A stretch of DNA of 63,359 nt, filler included, from Bigelowiella natans CCMP2755 (lineage: Eukaryota > Protista > Cercozoa), in the NCBI GenBank assembly GCA_000320545.1. It is 9 parts of 9 records of this genome, joined end to end, with 100 filler letters (N's around TTAATTAATTAA, not from the genome) between each part and the next. Parts side by side here need not be neighbours in the genome. Positions count along the whole stretch, not along the records: positions 1 to 24,143 come from ADNK01002592.1; 8 more parts are not named here. One strand, 5' to 3'. Shown here one piece after another: positions 1-11,417 of this stretch (within the stretch, counting starts at the first letter, position 1; the number at the start of each line of letters is the position of its first letter). The translations under genes were made by a program, and so were the position numbers. The notes under the pieces are model-generated. The model saw only the letters and a program-made list of their open reading frames with translations. It searched no databases and was not told the DNA's origin.

Positions 1-161
1 TCTTGACTTCTCTAACTCAGATACCCAGGCAGCAATATTGGACTCTTGGTGATAGTCCTTATACATCTACTGCTCTTCAGAGGGGAGGGACTACAAAAAA
101 AAAAAAAGCAGCTATGGAATCACGACACACAATCACACGCATGCACGCACACACATACACA

Positions 162-200
<39 letters not shown>

Positions 201-2092
201 TTTCAATGAATGACGTGGTGATGGGAGGATCTTCCACTGGGGCACTAGTTGCGGGAGATAATAAAGATCAGAATGTCGACGGCAGCAATAGTGATGACGA
301 TACCCACCATGAGCCGAAATCATTTTGTGCCTTCAAGGGAGTCCTCTCTTCTGCGGGGAACGGAGGATTTGCTAGGTACTGCTTGCACTTCCATTTGTTC
401 TTTCATCCGAATACTGTACTCGGAGCTGTAGAAACTATTTCCGTTTGACTACTTGAGTGCCACCAAAGGATATATTGCGTGATTCACATTTTCGAATTCA
501 AGCTCGCGGAGCGAGTCTTAGGATTGAAATATAAAACTTATGATGGGTTCTCTGGAAATTTCTCCCACACACACACGCACGCACTTATCGTACTCCCTCC
601 AGCATTCGGAGCAAAGAAATCAGCACGAATCTCGGAGATTTTGAAGGCCTAGAGCTTGGTGTGGTAAAGGGAGATAACAGAGTATATAAGCTAAGCATCG
701 TCGGACCGGCCAGGTACGGCACTAAAGACAGCGCAGTAACATGAGCTTTGTCGTCTAAATTGTCGTCCTCCTCTTGACAGTAGCAATTGATTCAATGGAT
801 GCTGTCATTGTTATATTAGCGAATTTGGGGTAGTCTATCAAGCGGACTTTCACGCTCCTGTCACAGAGAGTGGGAAGGAGACGGGGAAGAGAGTGGGGGC
901 CGACATTCACAAGATAAGGATTCCATTCTCCTCCTTTAAACCTTCAGTGATGGGAAGGTATAATCTTGTAAATAACTTGGAACATATATCAGAGATAATG
1001 TAAGCGGGTATACTCATCTTTTAAGTATACTTTCGCAAAGCATCGCATTTATAGCCTCCTATCGATCCGTTTGTCATTCCCTTTTCCTCGTCGTTTATAC
1101 CCTGGGTGTTCAGATCTGTCGACGTGAAGGATATATGTGGATCTGATGTAAGACAAATAGGATTGATGGTAAGCAAACTTACAGATGAAGGAACGGAAAC
1201 GCCTGAGTTCAAATATGGACCGTTCGAGTTGCAGCTGAGCTACCTCAAAGCGTATCCCTCGTCAAGTAAAAGATGACATTACAATGCATGTGAATCCCCC
1301 GAAATTTACACATGAATAATCTGCTGCGACTGTCGTATTGCCCCATTGCATGTGGATTCTGTGTCACATGTTGAACCTGCGTGCGCGCGTCCCACAGCAC
1401 ATGGTATAATGGCATGTGAAACACTAACCCAAAATGGGCTCAGCTTCATTCGCTAACATATCTAGAGATGCGCTGTCGTAGCGTGCGGCGTGTGCATTGC
1501 ACAAATAGACCATGTACCTCACTGGAGACACGCAATGCAAACTATTCTACTCATGATATGATCCACACATCTCAGACATGGCTGCTGTGTAGTTATCACA
1601 TGACATAGCTGCAACATATTGGCCCGAATAGAAGCAGAAGCGAATTGCTTCTTTGTGTACAGACGCCACGCCCCACACTCATGTTATGCCACCTCATACG
1701 TAGCGTTTTCGTGTGATGCTAAATAGTAACTAGGGAATGTTTAGAAATAAATACGTACGATATTCTTGCTAGCAATGTGTACTGCTACCATTTACACAAA
1801 TATAGCAAAACGTTATAACCTTATTAGAATTGTGAGTCTGCAATGCATGCAATATATGCAGTAACCAATAATTAACTATTTTAATTTATTATGTTCAACG
1901 TGATGATTCGTTACTGATGCATGCAGGTGTATTTGCACGATAATGTATATCCTGGTGACAAGGCTGCTAGGAATGAGGTAGAATCCTCAAACAGTAATAC
2001 AGTATGTATAGGAAATATTAAACTGAATAATTGATCAAGCTATGCATACTTTCTTCACATAAATAAATAAATATAAATATATAAATATATAA

Positions 2093-2125
<33 letters not shown>

Positions 2126-2126
2126 A

Positions 2127-2161
<35 letters not shown>

Positions 2162-2398
2162 TTTATATTTATATTCACATATATAATATACATGTTATGT
2201 TCACACAAATTGCATAAATTTACATACGTCACCTCTTCGGTGAAAAACGATAAAACGTAAAGGAAAATGGACACCTACAAAGTCTCCCTATTTCCTAACT
2301 GAGGGCAGCTATTTTGCTGCTTAAAATCCATGGAATAGTCATTATTACCGCTTTCCCAATCTGCAGCAAAGATTATTAAGAGGGACGGGCTATCAGTT

Positions 2399-3457
2399 TT
2401 ATGTCCAACAAATAAGGGACTTTGAGATAAAGTATCGAAAGGTTTTTAGAGAAAATAACGAGAGATGTGGAATGATACCTATCGAGTAAGCTCGCCTTTT
2501 TATTGAGGCGTCAGGGTCAGTTAGTGAAAGTTTTGGATGATGTCCAATTAAGTCTTCGAATGGTGGTATTTCGTCTGTCTTCGTCAAGTTTATGTACTTT
2601 CTCTTTGACTTCCTTCTAGAGGGTACAACCCGTTCCGTCTTAGCCATTTTACATGCGCTTCTACGACTTTCGAGCCTCGTATGTGATGGTGGGGAAGATA
2701 TTAATGACGGCAAGGATTTGAAAATGGAAGACTTTAGATCGCTCATGCTTAAGTGCTTCAGTTTCTCTAGACAGCCTTGTTCATCAATCACCCGAGGACT
2801 AATATTGTAGCAACGATGCGAATTTTCACTTAATAGAGAAAATGAAAAGTTAGGCTCGGAGTGAGCAAAGCGACTGTGATTGCTCGAAAGTTCTTCTTCA
2901 GATCTTCTTATCCACTCGAGCACTCGGTCCATCTTCTCCATGTTTTTTTTATCTGATGATATGAAACGAGACGATGGTAAAAGAGAAGATGGATCAGATA
3001 TCAATATTGTGAAAGGTGTCATACTACGTGAAATGAATAGGAAATACTTCCGCGTTTACGCCTCCGTGAAGTCGACAGCCGTGGCGCGAGCAACCCTAGA
3101 TACATTCTTGGTGAGCAAAATAGTAGATTGTAATTGAAACTAAGTGTAACCTGATTGCGGTTTTAAATTGGTCAAAACCTTTGTCTGAGGCACAGACACT
3201 GCAAGCCCAAACTTGTTGCTGATATCCCTTATATTCTTGAAGCCGCCCCGAACTCTCTTAGTGTTCCTTCGCATGTCTGCAGCTCTTGGGCACACTTCTC
3301 CATCAGTTGGTATACCTTTGCTTGCCGATCGTGGACTTGGCACAAGAATTGAAATTTTGGGTATATTTATGTGTGTAGGGTTGAGGCCAATACTCATGCG
3401 GGCTGCATCGTTGGTAGTGTTTGGAATGTCGAAGGTCGGACTTGAAGTCATGGACAA
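2399..3457 (-). CDS. Hypothetical protein, probably two or more exons
   Basis: ORFs 3140-3457 and 2399-3022 on the minus strand with protein-like Ser/Pro/basic composition; no recognisable domain. Confidence 0.35.
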
Positions 3458-4666
3458 CGGGGACCACCTTAGTTTCGCTACGAACTAGTTCAAATGTTAT
3501 AAGTGGAAGCGGTAGCGGGCGGTAGCAGAGCAACTCTCCTTTGCGGTTTCGGCCAAATGATGTATGATGGTTATAGCCAGTCCTACCACTAGTTCACTCT
3601 CACGTTACTCTATTTATTTGATAAACAAGAATTTCGAATAATTTGCACTCCAGATTCCAGATTTCGGACAATAATGATCGGATATAACGTGCTGAGAGTG
3701 CCACCTCCCCCCTATCGAGCCGAGAACTTGTTCACTGTTCCAATTTGCTTCTCCACACATGCAAAATATCAAAATGAGATCCGCACTCACTGACGTAAAA
3801 TGTTGATACCAAAATCACATGAAGTTCCGGTTGGGCGACTGCAATGTAGATGTGACGTATTGTAAAATCATCTCAGTTTAGATTCAGTAGCGATTATCAA
3901 ATCCAAAAAGTATCTTAATTTTGAAACTGTGTTCTCGATTTCGACAGCTTCTTTGATAGCTCTGTCAACTTTGCAATGTCCCCCCAATGGAAAAAAAAAC
4001 GACATTTTCCACATGGGATTCATCTATTCTTATTGTCGTTTCTTCCATTTGGAAGAACATGCGACCATAATACAAAAATGTAGTGAACCACCAATGTCCT
4101 GAAATAATATAAGCACCTCGTGCTTCGTTTTTACTGTTCCTTGTCAACTCACTCACGAACTAATAAAGAGTACTGAAGTGAAATGTAAGATTGAAATCTA
4201 ATGAGTACATCCGACCCAGGAAAGGAGATTTCTGGTTTCAGCACACGACCAACATCTGACGCAAACATCGATTTGCTTTAGCCAGCCGCAGAAATCAGAT
4301 ATTTACGCCCCTAAACCTTTTCGGGATTGCTTAATTATATGTGTGAGTGAACGCTATTAGTGCTTGAGATCTAGGTAGAATTTCCTAATTATTTTTGCCT
4401 CACTGTGGTGACAGCGGATATCTCCTGAAAGTGGTTAGTTTTAGTCGCGATCGCAAAAAGTACGGTACAACAACTTCTACTTAAATTGGCCACTCTATTG
4501 GCATTTCACCTAGTGCGACACGACATATAATTTTTTCCTTCTTGTAGCTACACGTCGGTAGGTCGTCAGGCGTTTGTACAACAACGGCTCTGCCAAAGGC
4601 TACTCGTGGAGTTACCCCCCAATACTAGGTTTATGTTTTGGCATAGAGCTTGATAAAACTTAGCCG

Positions 4667-7600
4667 ATGGAGACGGGACTCCCTTCTACAAGGATTCCCG
4701 GCAAGCCTTGTGATGTAGATCAACCTGCAGGGGATGGGGATGAACAGAAATATGACAGGTACTATAATGAGTTCCAAGACACAACTGGAGGAACCGCGAC
4801 GGAACCATTGTACTTATACATTTCGGAGCTTTTGGATCGAGAAAATGATCCAGCAGAGAACATGAAGGTTTTATGCTGAATTTTCCGCGTAAATCGGATC
4901 CGAACTGTCATGGATAACGCAGGTATCGAGTTGCAAAGTCCCAAGAGAGGACACAGAAGAAAATAGGTTTATTCAATTTCATTAGGTGTGGTATTCAAAA
5001 ATGCATAAATTTTCAACAATTTCAGTTGGTTTGAAAATACACGATGGGCAGAAGCACAGATCAAGCTTCTTGAAGAGAAAGATGAGTTGAAGGTCAGACA
5101 CTATTTGCATCATCTTACTCGCCGCAGCAGACTGTTAACATCAGCAACAATGCAATTAGCGCGCCCGAAATCTGATCAAGATAAAAGATTCTTTTTGTGA
5201 AATCATTGAACGAGTATCACGGAAGCTTGTGGACGATTATCATGCCATATGGAGAGGTTTTTAACTCAATTTTACTTTTGCAAATGGAGGGGGAATGGTA
5301 TTTTGTACGAATTCAGAAGGACATTTCATCTACCAATATATAGGCGATGAGAGTATGCTGGCATCGAAACCTAGTTTTAAGCCTGTAGCAATCGGCGGAG
5401 TTGCCGGAGGAACTAAATGTAAACAAAACAAATAACTAAACCCCAAAGCTGAATAATCTGCTTTACGCTTATTATTGTGCTCACTTAGTCATCGTTGAAG
5501 GCATAATGCTAAAACTTGTTCGCGACATAAGGGTAGAAACGAATCGGTACTTGTATGGTGGTCCTGAGCCCAGAATCGACCTAGCTGCAAAGTCTAGTGC
5601 CCAGGAACTTCATGGAGTCAACGCCTTCTTTTCCGTAAGAAGAATCTGAAAAAGAAGAAGAATACTAGAATTTGTCGGTCGCCGACTATGACCGATACTC
5701 GTAGTGTGTATTGTCAGTGCTGTTCTTCTCATCATTCTTGTGCCTATTTCCTACATTCACAGTACTTCCTGAAGAAGGATATACCAATCATTGTGCCCTG
5801 GCAGACAATCGTCGACTATCGAGGCTTTCGTACGTCCCTCACTGTTTCTGTTGTATCATCGTTATCGTTGTACTTGTATTTTGTCCTTAACCTTCGTTCG
5901 TTCTGTTGAGGAGGGTATGTGAGAGAAACGTTTGTATATCATGCAAATTAATAGGCCTTGTGGCGATGCCAGTGCTACCCCTTGCTAAAGGAAAGATAGT
6001 TTATGGATCTTCTGACGGCGGTCGTGTCCACAAATTTGGAATGCCTGAAAAAATCCTTATTCATGGACATGCACAAAACCACACATGAATATGCATACAT
6101 ATATTTTGATAGGACGAAACATATACAACAAAGACCCAGAATGCGAGAGTTGGATCGCTGGTGCTGCGAAAGAGCTGCACTTGGCCCGGCATAACTGCCA
6201 TGGCACCATGTTATACACAGCAGGCGATCTCGAGATACACGCTGTCGCCGACAAAAACAAGAAACAATACTGTGAGAGACAATTCTTTCTTGATGCAAAT
6301 TTTAACTTCGACCTTTTTCTTTGGATTTCTCTTTTGGTATTCTTCAATTTACTGGGGCGGAAAAGAAGGCTTTGATAACTGCTATTTCACTAAATTTTTC
6401 CTGCTAGTGCACTTGACATCTTTCTCCACTGTCCTAGCCAATGCTCATTAACATCATAATCCTGGTAATTAGATGCTGTTGACTTTGGGCGCTGGGCTCC
6501 GCCGGAATCACCTCTCGAAACGAAGCACCTTATCCCAGTACCGAGCTCCATTTTTTTCCGGATGTTGAGACCTGAGTTCCTGCGATCCAAGTTGAAGGAG
6601 GCAGCCTTGCCATGCCTTAGTTCAGACACGTTTTCAGGTTGGGGGCGACATCAGGCAACAGTGCATAGGAAGAACCTCAACAATGCCACCCGCTACCTGT
6701 GCACCGAAATAGTGGGACAAGTTGCAAAGGAGCTTGTGAGCGTATCGAATCGCGAGTATGCATTATCGAGAAATTTTTCAAGTGGCGTGAGCCGTGTTTG
6801 GATTCTCAAGTTTCCTGACACAATTGACGTTGGTAGCATCATGCATCACAATGGTCTTTCAATTCGCCACTTAGCACTGGTACAAAGGTTCTTGGTGGGT
6901 ATGAAGGTGGGGGCGAAATTGGCCCCATTATTCTCGAGGCTAGATGCTGAGATGGTGACTAGATCCTCGAAGCAAATACTTCGTTCTAGGGTCCTTCGAA
7001 GGGTGAGCCTGGATGAGATACCGCTCAATCTGGATCATTTTGTTATGGCGCTGATGGGAATCGCAATGAATGATGACTTTAAGCAGAAATCGCTGCAAGA
7101 ACAAATAAGCCGCCATGTTCTGTCCAACTTTGGTACACCAAAATTCTTGCTGGATCACATGGCGTGGACGTGGATACAGTCAGAACACGCAGCTATCTCT
7201 ACTACTCCAAAAAGTAGTCTGTCTTCCCTCGAAAAACCAACTCCCGGAATGATCTGTTCTTCGTCTATGAAACGGGAAATCCACAAGGCAGAGGATAAAA
7301 CAGCTAAAATGACTTTGGAAGGCTCGCCAGATTTTAAGAAATCGCGACCAGCGTCAATATCTAATGGGAAGCAAGGCGACATTATACAGAGGAAACTCAT
7401 CAGAGAGCTGTGGAGTAGATGTGGCGAAGAGACTATGCTCCTTACCGCTGAGTTACAAAGCTACCAGCAGAGGCTTAACGCGTCATTTGGGGTCTTACTG
7501 AGGGAGATGGAGTTTGAACTCGGAGAATTGATTGAATATTTTATGCAGATGTGGTCTCAATGCAACCAAGACGCTCGCCAATGTGTAGGAGAGATCCTAA

Positions 7601-8097
7601 AAGATGATGAACCAGACGTAGGCAAGTTGCAGTCAGTGATTGAATCACAGCTTGAGGTTCGCACTGTCAAGTGCCAAATAGGGGATGTCCCCATACGTAG
7701 TTTCCATGCTATGATACGCGGTAGATTTTGGCAAATACACTTGGCACGCTTTGGCAACCCAGCGCAATTCAGCTGGCCCGCTCTCTTCGGCCAAGCCAAA
7801 CTGGCTGACATTCCAAGTGGGGTCGATTCTAGCCAGTACTCATCAGGGGGAGGAGAGATGACGGTACTTCTTACCACGAGAAAACACTTCAGCTATATTC
7901 TGCAAACTATTTTCCCGGCTGTGGGAATCTCAGAGAAGGGTGACTTTCTTAGACGATGTGCCAGCTGGAGCAAAGGAGATGTGCCATCGGCATTTGCATC
8001 TGGAGAGCGCTCCGAAGCCACTCGAGTAGGAGGAAAATGGGATCTCATCACACGCACAAAGAGCAGTAATGATGCCATCTTTAAAAAAAATAAATGA
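4667..8097 (+). CDS. Clu (clustered mitochondria)-domain protein, multi-exon
   Basis: Exons give the Clu-domain motifs in order: GGVAGGTK, AAKSSAQELHG, QTIVDYRGFR, LVAMPVLP..YGSSDGG, AKELHL..H, GDLEIH, DFGRWAPPE, FRMLRPEF, LSSDTFS, MHHNGLSIRHL, AEMVTRSSK. Confidence 0.8.
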
Positions 8098-8283
8098 GAG
8101 AAAGAGGGAGGCGTTAACTTTTAAATAACGTCGACCACCTTTATTTCAGCAACTATTATTAACACCAACACTACTACATCTTCCAGAAAATCACATCTTG
8201 TCCGTCTTCTCCTTCCTATTCTTTCTCTCCCTCCTTCTCAACATATTATATAAATACAAACATATACTTATATCTATATTCAG

Positions 8284-9590
8284 TGGACATCGTGCATTGG
8301 TCTACACTGAAATGCCTTCTACACTCTGCTGCGGAGGCGTTCCAGACGGCTGCCGACTCAAAGGTTGGTGGGAAAACCTGGATCGATACGGACTGGAAGA
8401 AGCTCCGGAATGAAGGCTATCTACCTGCTGCTCTCACCGCAATTGAGGCACTAAACCGATCAGGAGATGGAGGTTTAGAGACCGCCACCTTTTATCTAGC
8501 CTTGAGACAAGCTGCGGAGCTGTGCCGCGTATGCGAGGAGGGAATAGTTCGCGGTACATGCAGGGTGAACCTTTTGGACATGTACCGAATTCTGAACATT
8601 AAAGGGAATCCAAAAGAAGGAGGAGGAGGAGGAGGAGGAGACCAGAACAACATCTTGCCCTATCTTTCGAAGTTAGTGATGAGGATCCACACTGGTTTGT
8701 GCCGGTGCTTGCATAGTTTAGAACTTTCTGCTCAAAATTTTGTTACTCTTCACAAGCAGCTCTTCGAGCTCACGTCGCTACGACGCCTCGTTTTATCAAG
8801 AAACGCTCTCAAGAGTATTTCCCCATCTATTGGACGGCTGGAGTCTTTAGAGAATCTTGTTCTACTCAAAAACGAGATAGCATCGTTGCCCCCGGAAATT
8901 GGACAGCTCAAGAACCTCAGAAAGCTGAGCGCGGGTCTGAATAAGCTCATTTCACTACCAGGGGAGCTATCATCTCTTTCGAAACTAGAAACACTCGGGC
9001 TTACAGACAATCAGCTCACTTCTATTCCTAAAGAGATTGGGCAATTAAAGGAGCTAAAAAGGTTATTCGTATCTCGCAACAAACTCACAAGCCTTCCTTC
9101 GGAGATCAAGGGGCTTCAGCGTCTTGAATGGCTTGACATTAGTCTAAATCAGATTTCAATCCTCACACCTAACATCGGTCACCTAGTTTCTCTCCGCAGA
9201 CTCTGGTTGCATCATAATCAACTTACTACGCTTCCAAGAGAATTCAGCAATCTCACAAATCTGTCGGATCTGTATCTAAGGCCAAATCTAATTAAACGAC
9301 GGGCGCTTCCAGCGGAGCTTAATCGCATGCAAGTCCTAAAGAAAATATGGGTAAAGGAAGGTAATGTCAGCAACATCATGGCGGAGTTAAGGTTCAAAAA
9401 GATAATGAAGCCCAAGAAGAGCCCGGGACAGCGGAAAAGGTCTGTTGAAGGCAGGCTCGGCCGAAGCCAAGAATACAGCCTTTCTGTCGATTCCAAGAGT
9501 GGGGTTGTCGGGAGCAGAAGGACATCTCGCAGAAGTTCTCGAAGGACTTGGGAGAGAAAGGAGACACTGGTAGCATCCTTTCGCAATTAG
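8284..9590 (+). CDS. Leucine-rich repeat region (about 8 LRRs, LxxLxLxxNxLxxLP type); probably the last exon of the Clu gene
   Basis: ORF 8283-9590 with tandem LRRs; no upstream ATG of its own and it begins right after a pyrimidine-rich TTCAG acceptor. Confidence 0.85.
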
Positions 9591-10056
9591 AGTAACACCT
9601 CACCTATATTTGGACAATAGCCTATTCTTCTCATTCATGCGCCTTTATTTCACTCTATAGATGAAGGGATGGATGGAAAAGAGTGGAAATACATTTTTCT
9701 CAAGGAGATGGCAGAGACGGTTTTTCACACTCGATGCTGTGCATCTTTCCTGGTTCAAGAATGAGGAGGTTATATCGTGAGCATAAACCACTACAGCAGA
9801 GCCCTTCTTTTTGGTCAAAAAATTAGATATCCTATGCCTACTCATTTCCTTCTCTTGATCATCCTCACTGTCTCTTTATGTCCTGTCAATATTTGCATTT
9901 ACGGGAAAAAGATAACTTAAGCAAACACCTGCAACCAATGTGCTGTGTTCGACTTCCCTTTACAGGACACTAACCCATGTAACGTCTTGGCTCTTGAAGG
10001 TACGTAGCTCACCGAAAATCGCATGTATCACTTGTAACTAAATTGCATGCAAACAT

Positions 10057-10251
10057 GTGGCTTCAGATGTAGAAGAATTACCTTTCATCCTACCGGATCA
10101 CACACTCCAACTCAAAAGCGTACGTAAAACCTATCGGTTACGTGCCCACAATCTGGAGGAGACTCGAACGTGGAGCACCAAGATAAAATATGCACTTGAG
10201 AAGCTCCAATCCGTGCCAGAATTTGAAAAGTCCTTGCTATCTGAACTGTGA
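10057..10251 (+). CDS. PH-domain-like C-terminal exon or gene fragment
   Basis: HTLQLKSVRKTYRLRAHNLEETRTWSTKIKYAL resembles the last strands and Trp-containing helix of a PH domain. Confidence 0.4.
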   Translation: MASDVEELPFILPDHTLQLKSVRKTYRLRAHNLEETRTWSTKIKYALEKLQSVPEFEKSLLSEL

Positions 10252-10873
10252 TTCTCAAAAGACACATGAGACACTTAACAGTCATGAAAGAAATCTGTGA
10301 ACCATTCACACGTGTCACAAAGAGTTGCATACACACAGGCGACCAGGTTCTTGCCCATTCCTCCTTTCGCAGTGCAACCTGAACATCAATTGTTCTTGCT
10401 TTTCGCGGTGGGAGGAATGTGCAAGTTGATTGCAGGTGCTTGATATGGCACTTGTGTTGGCATTCCAATCGGAGATGCTGCTAGGCACATGCATCACACT
10501 GCACATGCAGCAACAATTCAATGTCAGCAATTGGATTGCACACACGCACGCGAACGCAAACAAAAACGCGCATGTGACAATGATCGTGCACTGCCCTGAG
10601 AATGCTAGAATGCATGCAGCAATGCACGTGTTCAGACCTTCGATCGTTCGATTGCCGTTCGATTCCTCGAACATTGAACATTGTTCGGCGTGCGCATGCT
10701 GGCATGCTTTGGTGCACGATTGCTCGATCCGACCTCATCAACGTCGTTTCATCATCATTGTCCCCTGGAGCCCCATGTGCATGTGCAATGCTGGAATGCA
10801 CGGAGACTTCTGCATGCCAGCATGTGATGTGTGCACATTTGGGCCATTGGCGCACGGTCCTAAAAACACAGAT

Positions 10874-11231
10874 TGTCAGCGGTCTGGCCGCGCCACCCAC
10901 GATCAAGGAGCTGTCGCAGCATGCGCACGTCCACTCGTGCTGCACGCTGCGCTGCGCACATGCGCATGGAAGTTCTCAGAACTTCCAGAATCTTCGAGAA
11001 CATTCCGGAAGCTTCGAGAACCTTCCAGAAACACTCGAGAGAATTCGAGAGAATTCTGGAAGATTCGAGAATCTTCGCGAATGCGCCGGAACCCAATGCG
11101 CACATGCGTGCAGCGCAAGTCACAAGTCATCATAAGAATCCAAAAGCACACGAGACCGCGTGTTGACTTTCCAACATCAACAGCACAGTCCCGCGCACAA
11201 AAGCCAAACAGCTACCGCAAGCCCGCTAAAA
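10874..11231 (+). repeat. 5' LTR of copia element
   Basis: Direct repeat of 17616-17973; starts TGTCAGCGG, ends CCGCTAAAA. Confidence 0.95.
10983..11081. promoter_or_regulatory. Heat-shock element (nGAAn) array in the copia 5' LTR
   Basis: TTCcaGAAtcTTCgaGAAcaTTCcgGAAgcTTCgaGAAccTTCcaGAA (10 perfectly phased units, 10983-11030) plus 6 more (11054-11081). Confidence 0.8.
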
Positions 11232-11242
11232 GGTTATGAGCC
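11232..11242 (+). promoter_or_regulatory. Primer-binding site complementary to the initiator tRNA-Met anticodon arm (half-tRNA priming)
   Basis: GGTTATGAGCC directly after the LTR is the reverse complement of GGCTCATAACC; same type as the Drosophila copia/Ty5 (hemivirus) PBS. Confidence 0.85.
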
Positions 11243-11417
11243 TCAAGAGGACTTGCTAGAGAACCAACAAAGAAAAGAACCAAGCAAACCCCCCACCCCC
11301 CCCCTTCAGCTACATCCTTCCAGAAGAAGGAACTGAAAGCGACAACAGCATTCCCTCAGCCAATCTTCGGTCAAGCCTCCAAAGCACTGAAAACAAAGAA
11401 AACAGGAACGAAACAAC

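Noticed and set aside
10983-11081. CRISPR-like or satellite reading of the 10-bp periodic repeat
   Set aside because: No spacers and a eukaryotic context; it fits the nGAAn HSE consensus exactly.
10315-11239. Stack of overlapping Cys/His-rich ORFs
   Set aside because: By-product of TpA depletion (few stop codons); they cross the LTR boundary.
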